Shown piece after piece: positions 16,749-27,200 of a DNA stretch of 64,000 nt. A program made the position numbers and the translations under genes. This DNA comes from Bythopirellula sp. (GTDB lineage Bacteria > Planctomycetota > Planctomycetia > Pirellulales > Lacipirellulaceae). The stretch spans positions 1,446,422 through 1,510,421 of the forward strand of contig OZ244170.1 of the NCBI GenBank assembly GCA_965216565.1, given 5' to 3'. The notes under the pieces were generated by a model that was given only the letters and a program-made list of their open reading frames with translations, searched no databases and was not told the origin of the DNA. How positions within the stretch are numbered: the stretch's first letter is position 1; every line of letters begins with the position of its first letter.

Positions 16749-17528
16749 ATGTCGAAAAGACCTAAAAAACCGCGGCTTACCCGGCGCGACCTGGACGTGT
16801 TGCGAGACGCGGCAACCTTTGGACTCATCGTTCCAGAGTTGATTGCGCCGTATCGGTTTGCTGGCAAAGCGCCGGCGGCTGTGACCTCGACGCTTCGGCG
16901 ACTTTATGGCCGACCCCCCAGCTATCTCTACCTCCGTCCTGAGCCGCTTGACGATCGCCGTGTGTATTACCGACTCACCCCCCGGGGTGCTCGCGTTGCG
17001 GAGGCTTCGCGGTCGGCCACATTGCGACTTGGTAAGCAGTCACTGCTCAGACGCTACGCCTTGGCTTGGCTGATCTGTGTGCATGAGCCCCATAGGCGTG
17101 TGCTACTTGATCGCGATGACGCCATGCAGCTTCTTGCGAATGCCAGCAACCTGCCGAAACACGGATTCTACCTGCGTAAGCAGGAGCAAACCGGACCTCG
17201 ACTTGGCTTAGCAATTGTCGATCACGGCGCCCATCCGTCTAGGATCGTTCGCAAGGTTATCCGTACTGCTGAGCGCCTGCTCAGCAATGCATCCTCTAGA
17301 GACTTGATTGCAGCAGATCGCATGACCATCACGCTACTCACCTTTAACGAGCTGAAGCGTGAAGAGCTACACAAGTCGATTCGACGCCGGATGTCGCGAC
17401 AGTTGCCCGCCCTGTTGTGTCAGTACGGACTTTCCCCGAATGTCACGAACCGTCTACAGCTGGAGGCACATGTTGTCCCTGGCCTGCTGAATTTGATTCC
17501 CCATGACCGACCAGGAGGCACGCAATGA
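16749..17528 (+). CDS. Second Replic_Relax-like winged-helix protein
   Basis: LTRRDLDVLRDAATFGLIVPELIA...AAVTSTLRRLYG pattern. It starts 5 nt after the previous stop and has an ATGA overlap with the coupling protein gene. Confidence 0.45.
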   Translation: MSKRPKKPRLTRRDLDVLRDAATFGLIVPELIAPYRFAGKAPAAVTSTLRRLYGRPPSYLYLRPEPLDDRRVYYRLTPRGARVAEASRSATLRLGKQSLLRRYALAWLICVHEPHRRVLLDRDDAMQLLANASNLPKHGFYLRKQEQTGPRLGLAIVDHGAHPSRIVRKVIRTAERLLSNASSRDLIAADRMTITLLTFNELKREELHKSIRRRMSRQLPALLCQYGLSPNVTNRLQLEAHVVPGLLNLIPHDRPGGTQ

Positions 17529-20332
17529 CACAAGCAACAACCGCTGCACCGCAACCTCATGCCGTAAAAGACAAATACGATGTGCTGGAGTGGGATGATT
17601 TGCCCGCAGACGAGTGCGATATGAACTACCGCTTGCTGAATATGGAGAAACCAGCCTACGGGATGAGAGTTGTTGAGCTGATACTGAGCAGCGTCTTGGC
17701 CGCGATCGCCTACTTGCTACTGGCTTGGTTTTTCGAAAGCTTCCCCGGTTTACTGGCAGGTGGAATACCAAGAGTTTTCCTAATTGCAATTGCGCTGGGC
17801 GCGTTTTCAGTTCTGCGAGACAACTCGCCAGCTGGGAAGCGGAGGGCTATTCGCTTATCAGGAGGCGTCTTAGGCGGTGGTGTCCTGCTAGGGCTTGCTG
17901 CCGGAGGATTGACACTGCCCCAGTACTTGATGCTGCTGATATTGGGCATCATCGTCTGTCTTGCCTCGGTTGCCGATGCAATTGCGACATCGAACGCTTG
18001 GTGGTGCTCTGCCCACCCACTCGTAACTCAATCGGCAATGAACGCCTATCGAGAGGCATGGGTAGGACGGTGGAGCGGAAAACCACTCCGCATCGATGAC
18101 ACAGCGTCAGCAGAGACACGGCGAAACGTTGCCCGAGCCCGGGTCGTTCACCTGCTGACGCACTACCGAACCGGCATGCTCTGGTTAGTAGGGAGTGTCA
18201 TCGGTGGAGGGTTTGTTGGGCTCTTAACCTCGGACTGGGAGCCTGGCCCGCTCGTGGTAGCGCCCGTGCTCCTGCAAGTAACGTTCGTCCTTGCTGTTGT
18301 CGCAATCCATCGCTTGATCGCGGCATGCGAACAGCTACAAACAGCGCATCCGAAAGAGAATATAACGCTTTACCAGATTTTTAGATTTGCATTTCTTAGT
18401 GTGCTAAGAGCGATCCATTGCCATGCAACCTATGGAAACGTACTTCGCCAACCACTCTGGGTGCTTAAACTACGCGGCGCGGCTTGGGTGCGTTACTTGC
18501 ATGTGCCGCTAGCGTGCTGTCTGCTCGCCTACCTCTCAGCCGCCTGTGCAATCCGAGAGGCGTGGCCAGATGGGGCAAATCCTGCCGTGGTCTTAGCTCT
18601 TCAGCTTGCCATGGCATTGCTACCGGTAACTTGGATTGCATCGGGCATCGTGATCGTTGCTGGCCCAACAATACTCGCCCATCGGCTAGCTCTCGAGATC
18701 CCTGATGCCTTCGAGCACCAATACGACTACTCCGACTGGGACGGGTACGTCGCCCGCTTGCACGACAGTCGCAACCCGCTGGAGCGTCAATCTGTTTGGG
18801 TTGGCTGCCATCTCCAGCATGGCTATCCGATTCTGGTCGATCGCTCTCTCTATTTCGAGCACGCGCACGTTGTTGGCAGTGCAGGCAGTGGCAAGACTGC
18901 ACTCAGCTTGACGTCTGACATTACACAACTTATCCGTAGCAGTCGGAGCGAAGACCCGGCAGGCGGAATCGTCATTCTAGACTGCAAAGGAGACCCAGCA
19001 CTTCTGCATACGGCTCGCGAAGAAGCTCTTGCAGCTGGTAGAAAGTTCAGGCTGTTCACGAATCAGCCGGGAAGACCATCGCATGGCTTCAATCCACTCC
19101 TCAATTGTGGAGCTACCAAGCTCTCGCTTTCAGAAATAGTCGGTGTTATCGCCCAGGCACTCAATTTGTATCACGGCGAAGGCTATGGACGAGGATTCTT
19201 CGGCGCAGCCTCCAAAGCGTTGCTGCAAGCGGCCTACAAAACGTCTTTCACGTTCGGAGATTCTGGAATGCTGAGGCCTCCGATCGAGTCTTTTCAGCAG
19301 CTTGAAGAAGCGTTACGTGAAACGGCTAGCGACCCAAAAGTGTTTCAAGCTGCTCAGCAGTTGCTCTACGTCGTAGCTGCGCTGACCGAGTTCGACCAAA
19401 TCAATCTTACTCCTGACCGTGAACTAGCCCCCGAAGTCTTGGAAGAATCAATCCATATGCCTCGTCTAGTCCGCGACGGGGAAGTGGCTTACTTCTATCT
19501 AGTAGGCATGGTCGACCGCTCGTCAGTCGGCCACATTGCTCGGCTGGTGCTCTATTCAACACTAGCCGCAGCGGTGGAACATCGCAATAAGACGGGGAAC
19601 GGAGCAGGAGTCTTCTTTTTTGCAGACGAAGCTCAGTGCCTAATCTCCAACAATGTTGCACCGCTATTAGAGCAAGCTCGCTCATACGGTGTGGGATGTG
19701 TTCTCGCCCATCAGAACATGAGCCAACTGGAACAAGCCGATGGCAAGGGTCTGCTGGAGCTTGTACTCGCCAATACGGTGTTCAAACGTTACCACGCTCT
19801 TCGTGACCCAGAGTCGCAGAAGTACGTTGCCGCAGCCTCTGGCAAATCAAACTACTTTGACCTGAGCTGGGACCAACTGAAAAGGCGGGCGATTGGACGC
19901 GGCCAGGTCGATCCGCGTTTCGCATGCACTGGGCCCGACAGTGTAATGCGGGTAGGTGTGACACAACGAGTCGGCGAGCGCATCGAAATAGAAGAGCTGG
20001 CCGATATGAGCCGTCGCCTCAACCAGAGTGTCGTTTTGGTAGAGCGTAACCAGGGGCTGACGCAACTCAACGGCGGTGTGTTAATGCATTCCGACTGGCC
20101 CATATCACAGAATACTTACAAGCGACGCGAAACGACACCGTGGCCAACCGACATGCCCGGGGCCATCGTATGCGAGCGCGGCGTACCACGCGAATTGCCA
20201 GCAGCGTCGCCACCGGTCAACAGTGACGACTTAGATGATCGCCTGCGAGAAATCGAAGAAAAAAAGACTCGCAACGACAAGAAGCCTCCTCGACGAGACC
20301 AAGAAAACAACACCGAAAGTGACCCCAAATAG
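17525..20332 (+). CDS. TraG/TraD/VirD4-type type IV coupling ATPase with unusually large polytopic N-terminal membrane domain
   Basis: Walker A VGSAGSGKT, Walker B VFFFADEAQ and VLAHQNMSQL. The N-terminal ~430 aa contain about 8 hydrophobic helices. Confidence 0.75.
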   Translation: MTQATTAAPQPHAVKDKYDVLEWDDLPADECDMNYRLLNMEKPAYGMRVVELILSSVLAAIAYLLLAWFFESFPGLLAGGIPRVFLIAIALGAFSVLRDNSPAGKRRAIRLSGGVLGGGVLLGLAAGGLTLPQYLMLLILGIIVCLASVADAIATSNAWWCSAHPLVTQSAMNAYREAWVGRWSGKPLRIDDTASAETRRNVARARVVHLLTHYRTGMLWLVGSVIGGGFVGLLTSDWEPGPLVVAPVLLQVTFVLAVVAIHRLIAACEQLQTAHPKENITLYQIFRFAFLSVLRAIHCHATYGNVLRQPLWVLKLRGAAWVRYLHVPLACCLLAYLSAACAIREAWPDGANPAVVLALQLAMALLPVTWIASGIVIVAGPTILAHRLALEIPDAFEHQYDYSDWDGYVARLHDSRNPLERQSVWVGCHLQHGYPILVDRSLYFEHAHVVGSAGSGKTALSLTSDITQLIRSSRSEDPAGGIVILDCKGDPALLHTAREEALAAGRKFRLFTNQPGRPSHGFNPLLNCGATKLSLSEIVGVIAQALNLYHGEGYGRGFFGAASKALLQAAYKTSFTFGDSGMLRPPIESFQQLEEALRETASDPKVFQAAQQLLYVVAALTEFDQINLTPDRELAPEVLEESIHMPRLVRDGEVAYFYLVGMVDRSSVGHIARLVLYSTLAAAVEHRNKTGNGAGVFFFADEAQCLISNNVAPLLEQARSYGVGCVLAHQNMSQLEQADGKGLLELVLANTVFKRYHALRDPESQKYVAAASGKSNYFDLSWDQLKRRAIGRGQVDPRFACTGPDSVMRVGVTQRVGERIEIEELADMSRRLNQSVVLVERNQGLTQLNGGVLMHSDWPISQNTYKRRETTPWPTDMPGAIVCERGVPRELPAASPPVNSDDLDDRLREIEEKKTRNDKKPPRRDQENNTESDPK

Positions 20333-20417
20333 CACTCCTAACGGCTTGCCACTTTGTCGTTCAATACAAGAAGCAACAACAACTGCAAATCAATGCAACT
20401 AGAAAGGCTTGCAACTG

Positions 20418-20720
20418 ATGATTTTCGTATTCCTGGCCATGATCCTAATTTACAGATGGCTCGATACATGGGCCCGCAACAACCCAGCCAGCGGGCTACG
20501 TAGCGGAGCGTTGGCATTCTACGTCGAGGCAGTGAAAGTGGCCTTTGTATTTTGGATGTTTCTAATGGCGCCGATCGTGACTCAACGGATTCAATCGATC
20601 GCACGCGTGCATCGCGAGATGCAAGCGGAACGATCCCAAGAGATTTCTTTTTCCTCCCCCCCAACCAGGAGTGACAAACAATGGCTGGGTCTGGATCGTG
20701 AATCCAGGTTTTCGCGGTGA
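20418..20720 (+). CDS. Small two-TM membrane protein (hypothetical)
   Basis: ATG at 20418 follows AGAAAGG. A strong terminator follows at 20811-20840. Confidence 0.4.
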   Translation: MIFVFLAMILIYRWLDTWARNNPASGLRSGALAFYVEAVKVAFVFWMFLMAPIVTQRIQSIARVHREMQAERSQEISFSSPPTRSDKQWLGLDRESRFSR

Positions 20721-20810
20721 CATGTTCATTGCGGTTTTTTATCTACCTGCGCTGCGGAATAGCTATGGCTATTCGCTCGGAAGACCGTGGTCTTCTTGGC
20801 GCGCTGGTGG

Positions 20811-20840
20811 AACAAGAGACCCCTTGGGGTCTCTTGTTTT
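20811..20840 (+). terminator. Rho-independent terminator
   Basis: AACAAGAGACCCC (20811-20823) pairs with GGGGTCTCTTGTT (20826-20838), running into TTTT. Confidence 0.8.
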
Positions 20841-20963
20841 GAAAAGTACGTGGCTCGCCTGGAGCCGTGGCGACTTGCACTGCGAGTCGTGACGGCTTTA
20901 GCAACGCCCGTTGTGCGGACCGACTGGGGTCGGACGCGCACGGTCAACTAGGAGAGCCACGTT

Positions 20964-21311
20964 ATGGCATTAAAGCACGGAAGCAACCACTACACCAAAT
21001 GGATGCACATGGAAAACGGACAGGTGATGGTTCGCCGGATCCACCGCATGGAAATCCAAGACGCCCAAGGACGTCTGCACGTTATCCAGAAGGATGACTT
21101 GCCAGAAGCCGTCCTTACCTCGACGGGGGAGTCACAGAAAGGCAAGCCTATTGCTCGCATTCTGTTACGTCCCAAGTCGAAGGGCTTTGTCGAGTGGCAA
21201 TCACTTGATGGCCCAACTGGTGTGCTGGTGTGGAATGCCTTTGTGTTTGGACTCGGATTTTTTTCAGCTTTGTCGCTGCGTTACCTCGCACGACTGCTGA
21301 TTGATTTCTAG
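20964..21311 (+). CDS. Small hypothetical protein with C-terminal TM helix
   Basis: AGGAG lies 9 nt upstream of the ATG. The C-terminus is VLVWNAFVFGLGFFSALSL. Confidence 0.55.
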   Translation: MALKHGSNHYTKWMHMENGQVMVRRIHRMEIQDAQGRLHVIQKDDLPEAVLTSTGESQKGKPIARILLRPKSKGFVEWQSLDGPTGVLVWNAFVFGLGFFSALSLRYLARLLIDF

Positions 21312-21337
21312 GTTCTTTCACATTGTTTTTTGGTCGT

Positions 21338-21360
21338 CGGAGAAGCTTTTCGCTTCTCCG
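21338..21360 (+). terminator. 9-bp hairpin between 20964..21311 and the methyltransferase gene
   Basis: CGGAGAAGC (21338-21346) pairs with GCTTCTCCG (21352-21360); loop TTTTC. Confidence 0.4.
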
Positions 21361-21395
21361 GCGGCCCCTTTTGCACTACCTGGAAAGGGTCATCG

Positions 21396-22415
21396 ATGCC
21401 AAGTGAACCTCAAGAATTGGTTGTTCTGTCCGAAGCATCGCGTGCGATTGCTAGCGTTCGCACCATCGATGAAGCGAAAGACCTCCGAGACAAGGCGGAA
21501 GCCGTCAAAGCTTACGCACGCAAGGCGAGACTAGGCCGCGAGATCCTTGTTGAGGCTTCCGTTGTCAGGGCACGTGCCGAGCGACGACTGGGTGAGATGC
21601 TTCAAGAGACACCTCTGGCGTCTGCTGCACCCGGCAATCAATACACGGGGCCGAAGGAGCCCTCTAACGAGTCAGCCTATACGCTTGAAAGCTTGGGGCT
21701 CTCGAAGAACGACTCCTCACGTCTGCAACGGATCGCAGAAATGCCAAAGGATGTATTCGAGCAACACGTTTCCCAGTCGGCTGAGCAAGAGCGAGAGATC
21801 ACAATGGCCAGCCTGCTTCGATTGGCCAAACAGCATGAACCCATCGGGTCAACCGTAGTTGCCAACGGCGGCAGTCCAGCAAGATCTTGTGGCTCGCTGA
21901 CGCAACTCGTCGAACTTGGTGAGTCTTTTTCGACCATCTACGCCGATCCGCCATGGCCTTACAACAACCAGGCTACTCGGGGAGCAACATCAAACCACTA
22001 TCCGTCGATGTCGATTGACGACATCTGCGCCGAGCCCGTCCAGCAATTGGCCGCTGCTGACGCTCACCTACATCTATGGACAACCAACGCGTTTTTGCTC
22101 GAAGCGTTCGATGTCTTGGAAGCGTGGGGCTTCGAGTACAAGTCATGCTTCATTTGGATCAAACCACAGATGGGGCTAGGTAATTATTGGCGATTGTCGC
22201 ACGAGTTTTTGCTTTTTGGAATTCGAGGAAGCCTCAAATTTGCCAACAAGGGCCAGAAAAGCTGGTTGAGCGCCAAGCGAGCACAGCACAGTCGCAAGCC
22301 TGAGGCGGTTAGGCAGCTGGTTGAGTTGGTTAGCCCACCGAGCTACCTCGAAATGTACGGGAGGCAGCTTCCTTTGAATCCAGATTGGACGGTCTATGGC
22401 AACCAACTCCCCTAG
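21396..22415 (+). CDS. MT-A70 family N6-adenine DNA methyltransferase (orphan) with N-terminal plasmid/phage-type helical domain
   Basis: IYADPPWPY motif, then HLWTTN, WIKPQMGLGNYWR and SRKPE. No adjacent restriction endonuclease gene. Confidence 0.85.
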   Translation: MPSEPQELVVLSEASRAIASVRTIDEAKDLRDKAEAVKAYARKARLGREILVEASVVRARAERRLGEMLQETPLASAAPGNQYTGPKEPSNESAYTLESLGLSKNDSSRLQRIAEMPKDVFEQHVSQSAEQEREITMASLLRLAKQHEPIGSTVVANGGSPARSCGSLTQLVELGESFSTIYADPPWPYNNQATRGATSNHYPSMSIDDICAEPVQQLAAADAHLHLWTTNAFLLEAFDVLEAWGFEYKSCFIWIKPQMGLGNYWRLSHEFLLFGIRGSLKFANKGQKSWLSAKRAQHSRKPEAVRQLVELVSPPSYLEMYGRQLPLNPDWTVYGNQLP

Positions 22416-22584
22416 TAACTCAACCGTGTATCAGGCCTGTGGCACCTGTTCGGCAAAGTGGTTTGCCAAACAGCTCATGCAACACTGCCCACGTTGTGGC
22501 GGCACCAACTTGCTCAAATCTTCAGCACACCCACCTTGGAGTAATCCTGAAAAGAAGCTCAAGCCAAAAGATGAATCACAATGA
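22396..22584 (+). CDS. Zinc-ribbon mini-protein
   Basis: CGTC...CPRCG. It overlaps the methyltransferase 3' end and has an ATGA overlap with the next ORF. Confidence 0.5.
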   Translation: MATNSPSNSTVYQACGTCSAKWFAKQLMQHCPRCGGTNLLKSSAHPPWSNPEKKLKPKDESQ

Positions 22585-22793
22585 ACCAATGCAACCATAC
22601 AACACAGGCGGTCGATTCTGACGGCCGCACCACAGGTAGTTGGGTAATGGAAAAGGAGCAAATTGTTTGTAGTGCCTGTGGCAAGATCTGCAGGCCCGTT
22701 TCTAAGAGTGAGGCAAGCATGCAGAGGGCCTATATCAATCAACAACAGCGAGGTGCCTGTCCAGGCTGCGGTGAAGAGCCTTTCCTCGGTTAA
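22581..22793 (+). CDS. Zinc-ribbon mini-protein
   Basis: CSACG...CPGCG, translationally coupled to the previous ORF. Confidence 0.5.
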   Translation: MNQCNHTTQAVDSDGRTTGSWVMEKEQIVCSACGKICRPVSKSEASMQRAYINQQQRGACPGCGEEPFLG

Positions 22794-22820
22794 TCCAATC
22801 TTTACTACATGGAGAATCTC

Positions 22821-23057
22821 ATGGCGAAACAACCAACTCATGAAGTCCGCTTTGGATTGATCAAAGCAACCGTTTGGCAAAACCACACGAAAGTTGGTGA
22901 CCGCTTCAACGTCACCATCTCCAGGCTTTATAGAAACGGCGACCGCTGGGTCGAGTCGCAGAATTTTGGGCGTGATGACCTGCCACTGGTGGCCAAGGCG
23001 GTTGACCAAGCCCATACCTGGATCTTCGCACAGAACGGCGAAAGGAGTGAGCGATGA
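22821..23057 (+). CDS. Small hypothetical protein, paralog of 1885..2220
   Basis: GGAGA lies 5 nt upstream of the ATG at 22821. Shared motifs with 1885..2220 are VRFGLIKATVW, ISRLY and SQNF. Confidence 0.6.
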   Translation: MAKQPTHEVRFGLIKATVWQNHTKVGDRFNVTISRLYRNGDRWVESQNFGRDDLPLVAKAVDQAHTWIFAQNGERSER

Positions 23058-23245
23058 GCAGCGAAGCGATAGAGATCGGCAATGAAGGCCGATTACGCCG
23101 GAGTTCTTCGGTTGACTACATCGCCGCCCGCTGGTGCACGCTCCCGCCGCATGTCCGCGAGACCATCATCACACTGGTCGATGCCAGTTTACTCGCAAGC
23201 CAACATCAGCACACTTCGGCGGTGAGCGAGGAAGACAATCCATGA
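23054..23245 (+). CDS. Small hypothetical protein
   Basis: ATGA overlaps at both ends (23054 and 23242). Confidence 0.45.
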   Translation: MSSEAIEIGNEGRLRRSSSVDYIAARWCTLPPHVRETIITLVDASLLASQHQHTSAVSEEDNP

Positions 23246-23541
23246 ATCGACAACAACTATCACGCGAGACACCGCTTGTCTTCTCGGAGGTTCCCAATCG
23301 GCTGCCTAAACGACACGGCAAGAAGATTCACTATTCTACCGTGTACCGCTGGGCCACTAAAGGTGTCCGTGGTCGCGTGCTAGAGACTGTGCGAGTCGGT
23401 GGAGTCCGCTACACTACAGTTGAAGCATTAGAGCGTTTTCTCTCTGCTCCTACGCTAGTCAATCTTGAAGCACCCAAGTCAGCAACGCTCGATGACGAGC
23501 TGACAGCGATCCAACGCCAGTTGGACGATGCCGGTGTGTAG
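23242..23541 (+). CDS. Excisionase/MerR-like HTH protein (DUF1580-like)
   Basis: KKIHYSTVYRWATKGVRGRVLETVRVGGVRYTTVEALERFL. The start overlaps the previous stop. Confidence 0.6.
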   Translation: MNRQQLSRETPLVFSEVPNRLPKRHGKKIHYSTVYRWATKGVRGRVLETVRVGGVRYTTVEALERFLSAPTLVNLEAPKSATLDDELTAIQRQLDDAGV

Positions 23542-24260
23542 GTCTGGTGATCCTCGCAGCTGTCAGTGAAGATTCCACTAATACTTAATTCCAATTCGAA
23601 CATACTGAAGTCGATGCAACCGCGAAATTCAGTGACCTCAGGAGGCAATCGGTCTGGTGCACCTCTTTCAGATTGCGATTGGATTTCGTGCAGGCGGTAT
23701 TGCATCCTCTGCCAGGAACAAACTTGCGGAACACGCAGCGGTCTCTAACTTGGACTGCGTGAGCGAGGAAGCTCGAATCTGTTCGATTGGTGCATGACGA
23801 TCGTTGGAAATTCCAGCATTGTCAAAAATCGGGAGGTACTTTCGTGCTCGATTCCGGAAGCAGGAGAATGTCATCGAATTGATGTCGAATGTACCCCCTC
23901 TGATGGCAGCACATCGTCTCTTGGACATCGCTGAGAGGAAATTTTACGGTTCACTTACCAGCGTCGGAGAAACAGTCCTCTTGTGGATAGAGCGACCAGA
24001 AAGGCACCGAAACTTGTTCAAATTTCAAAACTAGGACAACCTGACGATAGATGACAGATGGTTTTGGGTCCACACAACGAGAAAGAGATAGCGGCGTCCA
24101 AAGCTCATGCCTCAAACGCCGCCTATAAATATCAGTTAATGGTAGAGCAAAGAGCCGTCCGCAACATGAGCGGCTAAATTCGGAGAATCGCTCGCGAACA
24201 TGATATGTGTTAGTCAATAGACTCGATTCGCTATTTCCAGATCCCATGACACTTCTTGCA

Positions 24261-27200
24261 TTATGCGGCTGCTGATTCTGGTTCGATATGTTGTTGTAAC
24301 GACTGATCGCGTTCAGCTTGGTGTGGCAAAGATTTGACGTGCAAATCGCATTGAGGGAAGGCGATTTCAATGTTGTGCTGTCTGAACAGATCATCGATGT
24401 CCAAATGCAGATCATGCCTTAAACGTCTGTACATGATGAGGTCATCGACAAACAGCCTGAGCTCAAAGTTTAAGCTGCTGTCGCCAAACTCGTTGAAGAT
24501 GACGATCGGCTCGGGGTTATCAAGTACATTGCAGTTTTCTGCTGCGACTTGGTAGAGGAGCTTTGTAGCCAGTCGAGTATCACTGCCGTAAGCGATACCT
24601 ACGCGGACAATAAGACGCAAGTGAGGATTGGAGAGCGTCCAGTTCACCAAGTTCCCAGTGACGAAATCTTTGTTGGGAACAATTAGTTCCTTGTTATCCC
24701 AGTCCAAAACGGTTGTCGCTCGAATGCGAATCTTCGTTACGGTACCTGTTATCTCACCAACGGTGACAGTGTCTCCCACCCTCGCTGGGCGTTCGAATAG
24801 CAGAATGATACCTGACACAAAATTCGCAAAAATCTCCTGGAGACCGAAGCCGAGGCCGACTGTCATTGCAGCCACGAGCCACTGAACACTATTCCAGCCG
24901 ATTCCAAGCTGACGCATTCCCAATGCCAGGCCGACCACTGTAATCGTGTAACGCGTGATTGAACTTGCTGCGTAACGCGCCCCCGCATCGAGAGGCAACT
25001 TTTGAAGGACTGTGATCTCCAAGAGCCCAGGTAAATTCCGTCCAGCGAACCAAGTGATTGACAAAATCAGTGCTGACGCGACTAGATCACCGAGTGTTAC
25101 AAAAGTCGGTGCGGCGTCTGGATTTATTGGAGTGAGACTACTTGCCCAAAGCTCCACTCGATTAAAGACTCCCAAAGCGGGCAATACATCACCCCAGACA
25201 AACCACATGGACAGCACGAAGGCCGCGCCGACCCCCATGCCAACCAACTTGCGAGCTTGTTGATTAATATCAGCAAGGTTGAACTGTGGTTCAATTTCCA
25301 CCGGAGCTGTTTCGGCTGACGTATTTTCCTGTGCTTCCAGCATGGCTTGTCGTTTTTCACGAGCGTGCTGCATCGCGACGCGTCGGTAGGCGACCATCAG
25401 CCATCGCATAAGCAGCGAACGCAGTGCGAAGCAAGCAAACACGAACAAGCAGGAAACAAAGATCCGGCGAGTTAGCTGCATCGCAGTGTAATGGTAGCCA
25501 GCAATTGAGGCAGTGATCAAAATAAATACACCCAGGGTCGTGAGTGGGCCGAGTAGTTTTACTAGTCTAGCAAACCAATACCCTTTAGCACTGGCGGCAA
25601 TTGCTTTGTTAAGTGCTCCGTTCGATCGAAATAGTCGAAAGCAGACGGTTCCAATTACGAAAAGTGAGCTTATCAGGGATAACCTTCCGAGCGAGTTGAT
25701 ACTTATCTCGTCGTTGCCAATCTCAACACCGACGGCAATCGCCAGTAGCGGTAGCGCCAATAGTTCTAAGGTACGTGCAGCTCGACGAATGGCGGCCAAA
25801 CCTTTAATGTCCCAGCCAAAGTGGTTTGCACCCAAACCGCCTTGGCGAGAGGCGTGCCTGGCCAGATTCAGCATGGCGTAGGCGGCAGCAAAGAGCATGA
25901 GCGCCCAACCAGTGGAAAATGCGAGCGCGCTAGTGCCGCGACTCAATCGCCAGCCCACAAACCCAAAGCAGGTTGGTATAGGTAGAGCCATAAACATGGT
26001 GGCGAGTGATGCCAACACGGTTGGCCGGAACTTGGTAGCAGTTGGCTTCGCGGCTGCTTCTCCTGTTTCTCGCAGAAGCGTGCGGGCACGTGAACGCCCC
26101 ACCACAAGCGTAGTGGCTAACAGCAGGCCAAATCCCCACCAATGGGCACGTCGTTGAATGTCTCGTGATAGTATCATCCCCAGACTCTTAACTTGTGCTA
26201 GGCGGTTAGGAGCGTTACTCCAGAAGTCTTTCGTATGTTGCAGTTCTGGTAGACCAATCGTCGGTGCGCTACGAACCCAGAGTATTTGTTCGGCTATGAA
26301 ATCAGAGAGTTCTTCAGTTGTTGAAACGACTTCACTCTCGGCGGCATCAAGTTCTTCAATACGGCTCAGGCTGTCACTAGCATTGGCGATCAATTCAGCA
26401 AGGATTTCCGTGCGTGCTTCGAAAATCCGACGTAATTCCTTAGCTGCAGCGTCGGACAACTCGATCGACTCATCTGCGAGCTGCTGTTTTGCTTGCTCTA
26501 CCTGCTCATCACAGTGTAGGCACTCTCGGCGAAGTGATTCCCATTCGTAAACGTCCAATCCTAGTTGCGAAGCTTCGACAGGCCGATGACCAAGGCGATC
26601 TCGAATTGGTGCGAGAGCCGGAAGCTGATCTTGTTGAGTGCGTAACATCGCCCCAATTGCCGTAGAGTGTTGCCCCGCATCCGCACGTTTGGTGACATCG
26701 GTCAGACGATTCTTCATCGTTTGTCCTAACTCCTTCGCCTCCGTCAGCCGCGCGGTAAGTTGTTGCAATCGTAACACAATTTTCTCGTTTCGATCGGCTA
26801 ATTGTGCATTAAGAGCTGCAGCAGACTGCACTGCCGGGTGAGCGTTAATTGCAGTCATGCGAGCTGACTGCGCTTGCTTCTCCGCCTCCTGGCGTTTCGC
26901 CTCTGCCACCTGCTCTTTGACCGCTTGATGCTGTGAGACAACAGCTTGCAATTCTCTTTCGGCAGCATCTCTGCGTGCCAACCAGAGTCGAGAATTGGAT
27001 TCGTACGTTAGGACTTCTTGTTCAAGCCATTGGTATTCGACCGACAAGTAATCACGGCGAGCCAAGTGATAAAGCTGCTTTGCTTCCGTTAGTATTGACA
27101 CGCTCTTTTCGAGAGGTTGTCCGAGTGTGTTTGCCAAGGAATCATACTGCTCTCGATTTTTGGTCAACAGCTCTGGAAGGACCTTGCGACGTTCGGCCCG

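Larger units (their letters stand above)
1358..23541. mobile_element. Plasmid-like / mobilisable genomic island (rep-parAB, coupling protein, Replic_Relax-like genes, orphan methylase, excisionase-like HTH)
   Basis: Gene content as listed in the individual features. The left boundary is not in the window. The right boundary probably lies in the AT-richer gap at 23542-24260. Confidence 0.6.

Noticed and set aside
22431-23015. 194-aa minus-strand ORF.
   Set aside because: It lies antisense to a chain of translationally coupled plus-strand mini-genes, two of which have clear CxxC zinc-ribbon pairs and one a paralog elsewhere. It has no motifs of its own.
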